Assembly (NCBI GenBank): GCA_017853715.1
Contig: JAFMIZ010000005.1
Location: 2,835-66,834 of the forward strand
Length of the DNA: 64,000 bases
Direction: 5' to 3'
From: Pedosphaera sp.
GTDB taxonomy: Bacteria > Verrucomicrobiota > Verrucomicrobiia > Limisphaerales > DSYF01
The notes beneath the pieces are model-generated. The model was not told where the DNA came from. It searched no databases and worked only from the letters and a program-made list of their open reading frames with translations. The position numbers and the translations under genes were made by a program. Shown here piece after piece: positions 49,129 to 59,492 of the stretch (position 1 is its first letter; every line of letters starts with the position of its first letter).

Positions 49129-50694
49129 TTAATGCCCGCCAGACGTCTTGAGGCCGCGCACACCTTCCGTCTGACTCAAACGTGACCACAGGAAGCCGTA
49201 GGCCGCAATCAATCCGAAGCACACCAGCGGCATCCAGAAGCTGACGGACATGTTATATATGTCCCCCAAGTGCCCCATGAGCTTCGGCATCAACGCCCCA
49301 CCCGTGATGGACATGACGATGAAGGCCGCGGCGTTCTTCTTCGCTTGAGCGCCAAGACCATGGATGCCCAGCGCGAAGTTCGTGGGAAACATGACCGACA
49401 TGAAAAAGAAGTTGGCGAAGACCGCATACACAGACAGCCATCCAAGTTTCATCACCACCACACCACACAAAAGCATGTTCACAAAGGCATACGTCCCAAG
49501 GACACGATGAGCGGGAAAGTGGTTGATGATGGCCGCGCCAACAAAGCGTCCCAGACAGAACAGCACAAAACCCACATAGCCCAGCAATCGTGTGGCCCCC
49601 TTTTCGTTCACGAAGAGGGCGCCATCACGCTCGATCACATTCCCACCGATGAGCCAACCATCAGCGGCTGCTCGCGAAACTGCCGGCATTTCGGAGATGA
49701 CGTAATTGATAAAAAAGCTGAAAATGCCCGCCTGCGCAGCGACATAGAGAAACTGCGAAAGGGTGGCCGAGGAAAAGTGCGGGTGCGCCCAGATACTGTG
49801 CGATGAAAGCTTCCGTGCCACCGGCGTCAAAGCAATAGCCGCGATGGCCAATGACAAACCAGCAATCAACAGGGCCAAATGGCGGGTCTGTTCGACACTG
49901 ACATTACACGCGGGAAGTATCAGCCCGAGAATCATGTAGGTCGCAAACGCCAGCACACCCACGTTCAGCACCATGAGCAGGTAACAGAGAAATCGGTTCA
50001 CCTGACGGTCCGCGGGTTCGGCAGTCGTCGCCTTATCGTCCGTGTGGTAAGTGTCTTCAACTTTCAAATCCGGCACGTTTGCAAAGAAGAAGACTACAGC
50101 CAGCAACAGCACCACGATCGCGATCCCAACATACGGAATATAAAGTTGCCCGTGGGACACTTCTACGCCGCCCTCAGAATAAAAATAATACCCGCCCACA
50201 ATCGGGCCGAGGATCCAGCCGATGCCGTTGAACGATTGGGCGAGATTGATACGGGTGGCGCCGCGCTCCTTCGCACCCAACACCGTGGTGTAGGGATTCG
50301 CCACTGTTTCCAACACGGTGAGCCCCATCGCAATCAAGCACACGCCCAGCAGAAAAGCCCAGAATTGTGAAATGCTGGTGGCGGGCATGAACCAAAATCC
50401 GCCGAGGGCCACGAGGATCAGGCCGGAGATGATGCCATACTTGTAGCCGAGCCGCCGCGTCAGCCAACCAGCAGGCAGGGCCATCAGCGTGTAACCCATG
50501 TAATGCGCGAACTGAACCCACGCTGACTGCGCCTTGGTGAGGTGCAGCTTGTCCTGGAAATGTTTGTCCATCACGTCAATCATCCCGTTGCAGAAACCCC
50601 ACAACAAAAACAGCGAAGTGACGAGGATGAATGTAAACGTCACGTTCTTGCCGTCGTCGGTGATGAACAGACTTTTCTTGGTTGGATTATTCAT
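49129..50694 (-). CDS. fucP: L-fucose:H+ symporter-family MFS permease (FucP / glucose-galactose transporter family), with an enlarged central region
   Basis: N-terminal FILVTSLFLLWGFCNGMIDVMDKHFQ is typical of the FucP family. At 521 aa it is about 80 aa longer than E. coli FucP, with two extra hydrophobic segments in the middle. Confidence 0.8.
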   Translation of the reverse strand: MNNPTKKSLFITDDGKNVTFTFILVTSLFLLWGFCNGMIDVMDKHFQDKLHLTKAQSAWVQFAHYMGYTLMALPAGWLTRRLGYKYGIISGLILVALGGFWFMPATSISQFWAFLLGVCLIAMGLTVLETVANPYTTVLGAKERGATRINLAQSFNGIGWILGPIVGGYYFYSEGGVEVSHGQLYIPYVGIAIVVLLLAVVFFFANVPDLKVEDTYHTDDKATTAEPADRQVNRFLCYLLMVLNVGVLAFATYMILGLILPACNVSVEQTRHLALLIAGLSLAIAAIALTPVARKLSSHSIWAHPHFSSATLSQFLYVAAQAGIFSFFINYVISEMPAVSRAAADGWLIGGNVIERDGALFVNEKGATRLLGYVGFVLFCLGRFVGAAIINHFPAHRVLGTYAFVNMLLCGVVVMKLGWLSVYAVFANFFFMSVMFPTNFALGIHGLGAQAKKNAAAFIVMSITGGALMPKLMGHLGDIYNMSVSFWMPLVCFGLIAAYGFLWSRLSQTEGVRGLKTSGGH

Positions 50695-50729
50695 GATTTT
50701 GCCAGTGATCGGGGTTGCTGGGATTCGAG

Positions 50730-51167
50730 TCAGAATGATTGGTGGGGCGTCACGCCCTTCTTGAGAATGAGATTGCCGTATTTGGCTGTTTCACCGGTCA
50801 TCATCACGGCAAATGCTTTTCGGGCTCGCTCATAGAAGGCAAAGCGTTCGACACGTTCGGGGGGTCTGGCTTGCGGCACGTGGCGGTGAATAGCGCTCAG
50901 GTAAGATGCCTCAACTGCCGGGTCAAGTTTGTCTCCCGGCACAGCCGCCATCATGATCAACGGCGGCGCGTAGGCATCCAATTCAAAAAGAGGCAGGATA
51001 CCGTGCAGAAGGGTTGCAACCCCAACTCCGTCAGCTCGCAACACACGAGCGTTCATGGCGTGACCCGGGAAATGCGCATCCGCAAGCAGCAGCTCGTCGC
51101 CGTGCCCCATCTCAGCGAGGACTTTCAGCAACTCAGGACTGATACAGGGATGAATGCCTTTGAGCAT
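50730..51167 (-). CDS. fucU: L-fucose mutarotase (RbsD/FucU family)
   Basis: [34 protein letters not shown]; about 145 aa. Confidence 0.88.
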   Translation of the reverse strand: MLKGIHPCISPELLKVLAEMGHGDELLLADAHFPGHAMNARVLRADGVGVATLLHGILPLFELDAYAPPLIMMAAVPGDKLDPAVEASYLSAIHRHVPQARPPERVERFAFYERARKAFAVMMTGETAKYGNLILKKGVTPHQSF

Positions 51168-51194
51168 GATAAAAAAACTCTTTTGTCGGAGCGT

Positions 51195-52964
51195 TCAGGG
51201 AACGAGCGTCACGCCGTGCAGATCGAAACCTTTCCAATCCTTCGCTTCCGGTTGGAGTTGCAGCGTGTGTTCGCCAGCTGACGGCACTTCGATGACGCCA
51301 AGCTCTACGGTGCGGCGTCCGCTGTCCGTTGCGGCGGGGATGGCGGCGGCCTGCGTCGCCTTGACCAGCGTAAGCTTCAACTGACCAGCGTTGGTTCCGG
51401 AAATCTCTGCCAGCACGCGGAACTGCCCGGCAGGTGCCTGAAAATCCCACGACACTTTTGCGTCGGCGACTGTCCAGTCCGTGACGCGGGCGCTCTCCCC
51501 AGCCCCCTCGACATGAGCACGTGATTTGATGTTGTTGTGGATGTCCGCTGCCAAGGCTGGCAACGAAATGCTGCCGTCTGCCGCTGGCGCGGGCAGCTTG
51601 GACACCACACTTAACGGGCCTTTGAACTTCAATGCAATGACGCTGGCGATGGCGTCGGGTGCCTTGGGCGGCAGATTAATGATCACGTCGTCGCCGGCTG
51701 CAGTCGCCGTCAGTTTCTTGCCACCCGCAAACAGTCGGGCCCCGGTGACACGACTGGTCAGGCCAGGCACAACCAACTTGCCGTCTGTCGGCCAGTCGAA
51801 GACGTGCAAATACAGCGTGCCTCCGTTCGCGCCCGCCTTCGTGGTGCAACGACCCCACGCAAGTTTGCGGAACGGACTGGCCGTGGTGCCATAGATAGCG
51901 TCGCCATTCACCTTCACCCATGCACCGACCTCCTTGAGACGCTGGATGCTTTGGGCCGGGATTTCGCCCTCCGCAGTGGGACCCACGTTCAACAAGTAGT
52001 TACCGCCCTTGCTGACGATGTCCACGAGATTGCGGATAATCGTTTTGGTGGACTTCCAGTTGTGGTCGTAGCTCTTGTAGCCCCACGTGTCGTTCATCGT
52101 CATGCACGTCTCCCAGTCACGATCGCCGAAGCCGGTGGCGGGGATGTGTTGCTCAGGGGTTTCGGTGTCACCCTGGTAAATTGCCCCGCCTTTGCCCATG
52201 AGCCGGTTGTTGGTGATCAGCTTGGGGCGGAAGGCAAGCAAATCATGCAGGGGCTTCGCGCGCTCGGGATTCATCCACGTGGGCGTGTCCCACCACAAAA
52301 CATCGGGTTTGAGGCGGGTGAGAATTTCGCGCGTTTGCGGAACCGCAATCTTGGTGAGGTAATCGTCAAAGCTGCCCTTTTGTGCATCATCCCAGCCTTC
52401 GCCTTCCTGGTAGCGAGACTTGGCCCCGCCGGGGTGCGTCCAATCCTGCGCCTGCGAATAATAGGTGCCGAACTTCAATCCCTGCTTGCGCATGGCTTGC
52501 GCCAGCGGCGTGAGCAGATCCTTTCCGTAAGGCGTGGCGTCGGCGATGTCCCAATCCGTCACATCCGACGGATACAGCGCGAAGCCGTCGTGATGCTTTG
52601 CCGTGATGACGACGTATTTCATGCCCGCCTCGCGGGCGAGTTTCGCCCAGGCTTGCGGGTCATACTTCACGGGGTTGAAGTCCCGGGCGAATGCGCGGTA
52701 TTCGCTGACGGGAATCTTGCCATTGAGCATGATCCATTCGCCAATGCCCTTGACGGGCTCACCCTTGTAGGTGCCAGCGGGCACAGCATAAACACCCCAA
52801 TGGATGAACATGCCGAACTTGGCCTCGCGCCACCACGCCATGCGTGCGTCCCTCTGTGCCTTGGTCTCGGAGGCCGAAATCTCGGGTGCCGTGGTGGTTT
52901 GGGCATTGCTGATGAAAGCGGTCAGGGCAATGCAACCGGCGGCGAGCAGCAGGGTTTTTTTCAT
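51195..52964 (-). CDS. alpha-L-fucosidase (GH29) with C-terminal beta-sandwich extension, secreted
   Basis: Signal peptide from ATG 52964. WWREAKFGMFIHWGVYAVPA, YVVITAKHHDGFALYPS and PDVLWWD. Confidence 0.88.
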   Translation of the reverse strand: MKKTLLLAAGCIALTAFISNAQTTTAPEISASETKAQRDARMAWWREAKFGMFIHWGVYAVPAGTYKGEPVKGIGEWIMLNGKIPVSEYRAFARDFNPVKYDPQAWAKLAREAGMKYVVITAKHHDGFALYPSDVTDWDIADATPYGKDLLTPLAQAMRKQGLKFGTYYSQAQDWTHPGGAKSRYQEGEGWDDAQKGSFDDYLTKIAVPQTREILTRLKPDVLWWDTPTWMNPERAKPLHDLLAFRPKLITNNRLMGKGGAIYQGDTETPEQHIPATGFGDRDWETCMTMNDTWGYKSYDHNWKSTKTIIRNLVDIVSKGGNYLLNVGPTAEGEIPAQSIQRLKEVGAWVKVNGDAIYGTTASPFRKLAWGRCTTKAGANGGTLYLHVFDWPTDGKLVVPGLTSRVTGARLFAGGKKLTATAAGDDVIINLPPKAPDAIASVIALKFKGPLSVVSKLPAPAADGSISLPALAADIHNNIKSRAHVEGAGESARVTDWTVADAKVSWDFQAPAGQFRVLAEISGTNAGQLKLTLVKATQAAAIPAATDSGRRTVELGVIEVPSAGEHTLQLQPEAKDWKGFDLHGVTLVP

Positions 52965-53004
52965 GGGATGAATCAGGGCAATAATTCGGCTTACGGACAG
53001 GTTG

Positions 53005-54837
53005 TCAAACCTTGCCGTAAAGCGGACCGAAGCTGGCGCAGGCCCGGAAGTCAGCGCTCTCCATGTCCGCAGTGCCAAATGCCGTCCATGCGCTGGGCCG
53101 GAATATCCGCTCTTCACCGACGTTGTGCATATAAACCGGAATCCGCAGCATCGCCGCCAGCGTGATGAGGTCCGCGCCAATGTGCCCGTAGCTGATGGAG
53201 CCGTGGTTGGCACCCCAGCTGTTCATGACGGTGTAAACATCGCGGAACGCGCCTGTGCCCGTGAGCTTCGGTGCGAACCAGGTGGTCGGCCACGTCGGGT
53301 TCGTGCGCTGGTCGAGGGTGTCATGAACTTTTTCCGGCAGATCAACGGTGCAACCTTCGGCAATCTGCAAAGCCACGCCTAGTCCCTTCACGAGATTCAG
53401 GCGGCACATCGTCACCGGCATGCCACCACGCGTCAGGTAGCGCGTGCTCCAGCCGCCGCCGGGGAAATACTCGGTGATGCTCGGATGCCACGTCGTCGCG
53501 GCGAGGCATTTCTTCGCTTCCGCAGCGGTGATGTCCCAGAACGGTTTCATGGCGGGCTGGCCGTCAATTTCCTGCTGGCCCGTGCCGTCCAGCGTGGCCG
53601 GACCAGAGTTGATGAGGTGCATGATGCCGTTGGCCGCCGCGCCGTCGAGCGTGTGACCGGAGACGCGCTTCACGGATTCGGGACTCCAGTAGGTGCGGAC
53701 GTCGGCAAAAATCTGCGCCGTCCTCGTGAGCAGATAACCAAGCAGCATCGAAGCGCCATTCAGGCAGTCGTTCTCCGTGGCAACGATGTAGGGCGCGCGC
53801 GTGCCGTTCCAGTCAAATGAGCTGTTCAGGATGGCTTCGAGAAAATCGCCGTTGGGCTGGTAATCGGTCCACTGTCGTTGGCCTTGAAAGCCCGAGGCAA
53901 TCGCGTTGTGGCCCTGCGCCTCCTCGCCGAAACCCATCTTGGCCAGCACTGGATTACCGACCATCAGATCGCGGCTGATGAGAGCCATTTTGATAGACGT
54001 TTCCCACTCGCGGTCCAATTGCTTGCGCGGGCGGCGCGTCTTTGGCGAGTTGTAGTCCTTGCCCTCGGGACAATTCTTCTTCACCCACGCCAGTGCGCGC
54101 TTGTATTCGGCCTGGTCGAAAATTCCTTTGTCCATGCGGCGTAGGAACTCCGTCATGTCCACCGTCTCCACGCGCATGCCCAGGTACTCCTCAAAGAACG
54201 GCTGGTCTACAATCGAACCTGCAATACCCATCGAGACGCCGCCCATGCCGAGGTAGGATTTGCCGCGCATCAACGCCACCGACAGTCCGGCACGGACGAA
54301 CCGCAGAATCTTTTCCTGCACGTCGGTGGGGATCGTCTTGTCGCCACCGTCCTGCACGTCGCGCCCGTAAATCCCGAATGCAGGCAACCCCTTCTGCGTG
54401 TGACCCGCCAGCACCGCTGCGAGATACACCGCGCCGGGCCGCTCGGTGCCGTTGAAACCCCACACCGCTTTCGGCACGGAAGCGTCCATATCCATCGTCT
54501 CACTGCCGTAGCACCAGCAGGGCGTGACCGTGAGCGACACCCCAACGCCGGCGCGTTGAAATTTCGCCGCACACGCCGCCGCCTCGGCCACACCGCCGAT
54601 ACAGGTATCGGCAATGACACATTCGACCGGCTGGCCGTTGGGATAACGCAAGGTGGACGAGATCAGCTTTGCGGCAGCCTTGGCTTGATCCATCGTCTGC
54701 GTTTCGAGCGACTCCCGCACGCCGCCTAAGCGTCCATCAATGGTAGGACGAATGCCGACTTTGGGCATGTCGCCGACGAGACGGTTGACGGGGCGATTGG
54801 ATCTAAGCGATGAAAGGGCAGCGGTGTTCTTGCTCAT
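53005..54837 (-). CDS. fucI: L-fucose isomerase
   Basis: [25 protein letters not shown]...[23 protein letters not shown]...[16 protein letters not shown] is collinear with E. coli FucI. Confidence 0.93.
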   Translation of the reverse strand: MSKNTAALSSLRSNRPVNRLVGDMPKVGIRPTIDGRLGGVRESLETQTMDQAKAAAKLISSTLRYPNGQPVECVIADTCIGGVAEAAACAAKFQRAGVGVSLTVTPCWCYGSETMDMDASVPKAVWGFNGTERPGAVYLAAVLAGHTQKGLPAFGIYGRDVQDGGDKTIPTDVQEKILRFVRAGLSVALMRGKSYLGMGGVSMGIAGSIVDQPFFEEYLGMRVETVDMTEFLRRMDKGIFDQAEYKRALAWVKKNCPEGKDYNSPKTRRPRKQLDREWETSIKMALISRDLMVGNPVLAKMGFGEEAQGHNAIASGFQGQRQWTDYQPNGDFLEAILNSSFDWNGTRAPYIVATENDCLNGASMLLGYLLTRTAQIFADVRTYWSPESVKRVSGHTLDGAAANGIMHLINSGPATLDGTGQQEIDGQPAMKPFWDITAAEAKKCLAATTWHPSITEYFPGGGWSTRYLTRGGMPVTMCRLNLVKGLGVALQIAEGCTVDLPEKVHDTLDQRTNPTWPTTWFAPKLTGTGAFRDVYTVMNSWGANHGSISYGHIGADLITLAAMLRIPVYMHNVGEERIFRPSAWTAFGTADMESADFRACASFGPLYGKV

Positions 54838-54973
54838 AGCATTGGCGTGGTTAACGATTTCCAGTATGCCAGAGGAGGAGTTTAGCCAGAGTCAATTCCC
54901 TTGGCCTCAAACCCCAAAGACTTGCACTTATCACATGTTTCGTCTGGCTGGTTGCGCTGACGAGGGCGCGACT

Positions 54974-55876
54974 TCAATGCGAATGGGACGCCCGGTAACC
55001 CGACGGAGAACACCCACAATGCCGGGTGAACGCGCGGGTGAAGTAGGCCGCATCGTGAAACCCAACCTCGGCGGCGATGGTTTTGACGGAATCGTTGCTG
55101 GTCAACAGCAGATATTGGGCGCGCTCGATCCGGCGCTGGGTCAGATAGGCCAACGGACGCAATCCAACCAGATTTTGAAAGCGGTCGGAGAAGTAGGTCG
55201 GGTTCAACTTTGCCACGCGAGCCAGGTCGCCGAGCAGAATATTCTGCGCCATGTTTTTGTGGATGAACTCCTGCACGGCACGGAATTGTTCGGTCACCCG
55301 CGAGTGGATGCCCGGAAGTTTTTGCGCTCGATGCAGGAAAGGCGCCAGCAGAAGAGACAACAAACCGCGCCCCTCAAAAGCGTCCACCGGCGGCGTCGCT
55401 TCGTCTGCGCGTTCTGCCGCCTGGGATTGCCGGCGGTATTCGGCCTGCATCGGATCAAAGCAAGCCAGCTTGCGTTGCGGATACAAGGCTTCGAGCCGCT
55501 GGAATTGTCTCAATGCCTCCGCCGAGGCGGGCAGTTGAAATATGGTGCCCAACATGGAAAACAGATCAACGCCGGTGGGCGTGCGGGAAACAAAATGGAT
55601 GTAGTAATGGTCCAGTCGCTTGCTGCAGAAGCAGTCGTGCGGAGTGAACGGCGGCACCAGATGAATTTGGCCGGGCTTCAGATCAAACTCTTCGCCATGA
55701 TGCCGCACCACGCCCCTGCCCTCCAGCACCAGCCATAGCCGGGAGAATGGACTTATCACGTGGTGATAATTCCACCAGCGACCTGCGACGGTGCGCTGCA
55801 CGGCGAGCACCCGCAAATCCAGATTGCGGAACAACTCCGGGCTGAGGCCTACTGCCATGCGCGGACTTTGTCGCAA
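54974..55876 (-). CDS. AraC-family transcriptional regulator (cupin + HTH)
   Basis: C-terminal double HTH ...LARVAKLNPTYFSDRFQ...IAAEVGFHDAAYFTRAFTRHCGCSPSGYR. Confidence 0.88.
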   Translation of the reverse strand: MRQSPRMAVGLSPELFRNLDLRVLAVQRTVAGRWWNYHHVISPFSRLWLVLEGRGVVRHHGEEFDLKPGQIHLVPPFTPHDCFCSKRLDHYYIHFVSRTPTGVDLFSMLGTIFQLPASAEALRQFQRLEALYPQRKLACFDPMQAEYRRQSQAAERADEATPPVDAFEGRGLLSLLLAPFLHRAQKLPGIHSRVTEQFRAVQEFIHKNMAQNILLGDLARVAKLNPTYFSDRFQNLVGLRPLAYLTQRRIERAQYLLLTSNDSVKTIAAEVGFHDAAYFTRAFTRHCGCSPSGYRASHSH

Positions 55877-56110
55877 TGAAGCCCTTGGGACAATCCGGGA
55901 AAGCAGGGTGCCCCCTTTACAAGTTCACCATGAAATTCGGGGATGCGTCAAGGGCTGGAATTGCAGCCAGGCGGGACAACAGGGGGGAGCAAGAAGCGGT
56001 AAAGCTCCAGAAGCATCCATCCCCGAATCGACAGGAAGACCAATGTGAGTCTTTCTACTTTATATAGAACAGCTTACACACGCTAATTGTCATTAGTGAC
56101 GCCGATTGGC

Positions 56111-56137
56111 TTTACCTTTTTTTACCGTTGCTTTACC
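56111..56137. repeat. three helically phased TTTACC direct repeats
   Basis: TTTACC at 56111-16, 56121-26 and 56132-37 (spacing 10 and 11 bp), followed by TTTCGATTTC. Lies in a 595-bp non-coding region. Confidence 0.6.
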
Positions 56138-56471
56138 GAATTTCGATTTCTCGGTCGGGTACACCCGGGGATCACCCGTCTAGCACTTTGAACCCCCGAA
56201 CGGTAGCTGCCGCGCGTGGGCCAGCTCTGACTTTTCCCCGCTTTCAGATGGAGCGGCCTCACACCCGCTGCTACAGGTCACCTGCCAGGGTGATTCTTTG
56301 ATACCCCCAACGAGGCGGGAGCCGACTACGTGGTGATGGTCTATATAATAGCGCCAGACAGGGGGCTTCAGGATTCACCCTGCCATTGAGGTGGAGAATG
56401 GTTACGCCCACGTCGAGCAACCGGTCCCCAACTCGCTTTGACCAGCCTAGGGACTACAACCAAAGCCAGAG

Positions 56472-58139
56472 TCACCTGAGAAATATCAGGACCAACAGTT
56501 GCGCTGCGACCACCCGGAGCAGCATCGTCAGGGGATACACGGTGGCATAGCTGATGGACGGTGCGTCGGAACCCGCCATGGTATTGGCAAAGGCCAACGC
56601 CGGGGGGTCCGTCATGCTGCCCGAGAGCACGCCACAGATGCTCGTGTAGTTCAACTTGTAGATGGCCCGGGCAACCAACCCGACAATCAGCAAAGGCACG
56701 AGCGTGATCAACGAGGCACACCCCATCCAATAAAGCCCGGGGCCCTGCGTGAGCGTGTGAATGAATTGGTCGCCCGCCTTCAACCCGACGCACGCCAAGA
56801 AGAGCACGATGCCCAATTCACGCAACATGAAGTTCGCGCTTTGGGGCATGTAGTAAATCAGCGGCCCCACGCGACCCAACCGGCTCAAGAGAATCGCCAC
56901 CAGAAGCGGCCCCCCAGCCAAGCCAAGTTTCACCGGCGCCGGAATGTTCGGGAAATGAAATGGAATGCTGCCCACAAGAATACCCAGCGCAATGCCGACG
57001 AAGATGGGCACAATCTGGGGATGATTGAGTTGTTTGGGCGAATTGCCCAGCGCGTTGGCCGCCCGGTTGATCGCCTCTTCCTCGCCCACCATCAAGACGG
57101 TATCGGCAAACTGAAACGTGAAGCTAGCCGTCGGCGTGAACTCAATGTCGGCGCGGCTGACGCGCGTCACGGCCACGCCCATGCCATCAAGGTTGAGCTC
57201 CTCAATCGTCTTGCCGAGGACGCTCTTCTTGGTCACCACCACCCGGCGAGTCGTCACCGTGCTGGGCAATGCCTTCAGGTCCACATCGGATGGCTTGCCG
57301 ATGATGATCTGGATTTCGCGCAACTTTGCCTCCGGGCCGACCGCGTGAACCACATCACCCAAGCGCAACACCGTCTCCGGCACGGCCACATCCATCTCCC
57401 CGCCGCGCAACACGCGCGAAATCACCACGCCCGAACTGGCCATGCCGGGAATCCTCTCGATGGCCAGTCCGTCGAGGTTGGGATTCGTTACCGCGATGTT
57501 GAGGTTTGCCGGACGTGGCGTGCTGGACTGCATTTGAGACGCAAACTCAGCCGCCTCCTTCGTCGGCTGCACTTTGAATAGTACCTTGATGAATCCCATC
57601 GTGAGAATGATGCCGAGGATGCCAAACGGATACGCGACCGCGTAGCCCAGCCCGGGCATCTTGGCGAGCTCCTCGGTGAAACTGGGCATATTCTTCAACG
57701 CCTGCTGCGCAGCACCCAGCGCAGGCGTGTTCGTGGTGCCGCCCGAGAACAGCCCCACTGCCACGGACATATCAATGCCGCCCAGATAAACGATGCCGAT
57801 CGTCACCAGCACACCCAACCCCACGATCGAGGCGGCCATGATGTTCAACGGCAGTCCCTGCTTCCGCAGCGATGCGGCGAAACCCGGGCCCACCTGCATA
57901 CCGATGGTATAAACGAACAGGATGAGCCCAAACTCCCGCACAAAATCCATCACCTCATTGTTGATATGAAAACCGAAGTGGCCGAATGCCAAACCGGAGA
58001 ACAAGACACCTGCGATACCCAGACCGATCTTTTTGATCTTGATGCTGCCCAGCAGCACGCCCGTGGCCGCGACCAAGGCAAGGATCAACAAGGAGTGGGC
58101 TACCGAGTCACCAGTGAGAAGTTCATTGAGCCATTCCAT
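56472..58139 (-). CDS. YidE/YbjL-type putative transporter (AAE family repeats flanking two RCK_C/TrkA_C domains)
   Basis: N-terminal LLILALVAATGVLLGSIKIKKIGLGIAGVLFSGLAFG, a central soluble duplicated domain, and C-terminal repeat helices. ATG 58139. Confidence 0.75.
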   Translation of the reverse strand: MEWLNELLTGDSVAHSLLILALVAATGVLLGSIKIKKIGLGIAGVLFSGLAFGHFGFHINNEVMDFVREFGLILFVYTIGMQVGPGFAASLRKQGLPLNIMAASIVGLGVLVTIGIVYLGGIDMSVAVGLFSGGTTNTPALGAAQQALKNMPSFTEELAKMPGLGYAVAYPFGILGIILTMGFIKVLFKVQPTKEAAEFASQMQSSTPRPANLNIAVTNPNLDGLAIERIPGMASSGVVISRVLRGGEMDVAVPETVLRLGDVVHAVGPEAKLREIQIIIGKPSDVDLKALPSTVTTRRVVVTKKSVLGKTIEELNLDGMGVAVTRVSRADIEFTPTASFTFQFADTVLMVGEEEAINRAANALGNSPKQLNHPQIVPIFVGIALGILVGSIPFHFPNIPAPVKLGLAGGPLLVAILLSRLGRVGPLIYYMPQSANFMLRELGIVLFLACVGLKAGDQFIHTLTQGPGLYWMGCASLITLVPLLIVGLVARAIYKLNYTSICGVLSGSMTDPPALAFANTMAGSDAPSISYATVYPLTMLLRVVAAQLLVLIFLR

Positions 58140-58400
58140 ATTACAAAGACGTTGCCGCACGCCGGGCGGCCCGGGCGCAACTTGATGTTACTCCTGTGAG
58201 TGAGGAATCTGACGGCTAATAGTTTTTTGCCGACCAAGCGTCCGAAGGCATGGGCAGGGGTACCAACTTTCCTGTCCACCCACAAGTGCCCAGCTCAAGT
58301 ATGGGCGGGGGTAATCAGACGCATTATTGGCCCGCCAGCAGGGTGGTGCGCCGCCGATTGTTTCATTTCAGCGAGCTGTCGGTCGCGCTACACTGGGCGC

Positions 58401-59492
58401 GTGCAAACACTGGACCTGCATGAATTCCACACCGGCTTCCAAGCGAACTTCGGTGAAGTCAACGGCACCGAGTCCGTGTTGGACTACGGCAATGTCCGCG
58501 CCGAATATGATGCTCTGCGAAAAACGGTCGGCATTCTCGACTTGGGCTTTCGCGGACGGGTGTGCGTAGTGGGCGCGGATCGCGTGCGTTTTCTCAATGG
58601 TCAAATCACCAACAATGTCAAAACGCTGCGCCCCGGCACGGGCTGCTATTCCGCGCTGACGAACAACAAGGGCAAGCTTGAGGCGGACCTGAATGTGCAC
58701 GCCTTGGCTGAGGAACTGTTGCTGGACTTCGAACCCAGCCTGACCGCCAAGGTCACGGAGCGACTGGAGAAGTTCATCGTCGCCGACGACGTGCAGATCG
58801 TGGACGTGTCGCCGCATTATGGATTGCTCAGCGTGCAAGGCCCGCAATCAATCAAGGTCGTGATGCAACTCGGATTGTTCTCCGCTACGCCCGAAAGGGC
58901 GTATGATTCCGTCAAGGCAACGGACGGAACGTTAGGTGAGCTTTACCTGATCAACGTGCCGCGATTCGGTGTTCCAGGACTGGATCTGTTCGTGCCCATC
59001 GCTGCAGTTGCGGCGGTCGCAGACAAACTGGTTGCGGCGGCAAAAGAAGCGGGCGGGGGACTTTGCGGCTGGACGGCTGCGGAGTGGGCGCGCATAGAGG
59101 CGGGCGTCCCCCGGTTTGGCATCGACATGGATGAAAGCAACCTGCCGCAGGAAACCGGCATCGAGTCCCGCGCGGTGAGCTACACAAAGGGATGTTACAT
59201 CGGGCAGGAAGTGATCAACCGCATTCGCAGCGTGGGCCAAGTGACACGCGCGCTGCGCGGTTTGCGCCTTGAAGCCTCCGCTCATCCACCCGCGCGGGGC
59301 GACAAGCTGTGGCACGAAGGCAAAGAGGTGGGTTACATCACGAGCGCGATCCGCTCCCCGGCATTGGATGCAGCCATCGCGCTCGCTTATGTGCGCAAGG
59401 AATGTAACGGAGCCGGCGCCCGACTGGTGGTGCGCAGCGCTCAGGGAGATTCCGGGGCGGCAACCATCGTGCCGCTCCCCTTCGTCAGTTGA
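58401..59492 (+). CDS. ygfZ: YgfZ/GcvT-like folate-binding protein (aminomethyltransferase fold)
   Basis: RAEYDALRKTVGILDLGFRGRVCVVGADRVRFLNGQITNNV and KGCYIGQEVINRI (the KGCYxGQE motif). GTG 58401 chosen because the 67 aa upstream of it are not protein-like. Confidence 0.75.
   Translation: MQTLDLHEFHTGFQANFGEVNGTESVLDYGNVRAEYDALRKTVGILDLGFRGRVCVVGADRVRFLNGQITNNVKTLRPGTGCYSALTNNKGKLEADLNVHALAEELLLDFEPSLTAKVTERLEKFIVADDVQIVDVSPHYGLLSVQGPQSIKVVMQLGLFSATPERAYDSVKATDGTLGELYLINVPRFGVPGLDLFVPIAAVAAVADKLVAAAKEAGGGLCGWTAAEWARIEAGVPRFGIDMDESNLPQETGIESRAVSYTKGCYIGQEVINRIRSVGQVTRALRGLRLEASAHPPARGDKLWHEGKEVGYITSAIRSPALDAAIALAYVRKECNGAGARLVVRSAQGDSGAATIVPLPFVS

Noticed and set aside
58140-58400. Glycine riboswitch upstream of the GcvT-like (ygfZ) gene.
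   Set aside because: The 260-bp divergent spacer contains CCGAAGGC but lacks the GGAGAG...CTCTCAGG-type conserved cores and the tandem aptamer layout. YgfZ-type genes are not known glycine-riboswitch targets.
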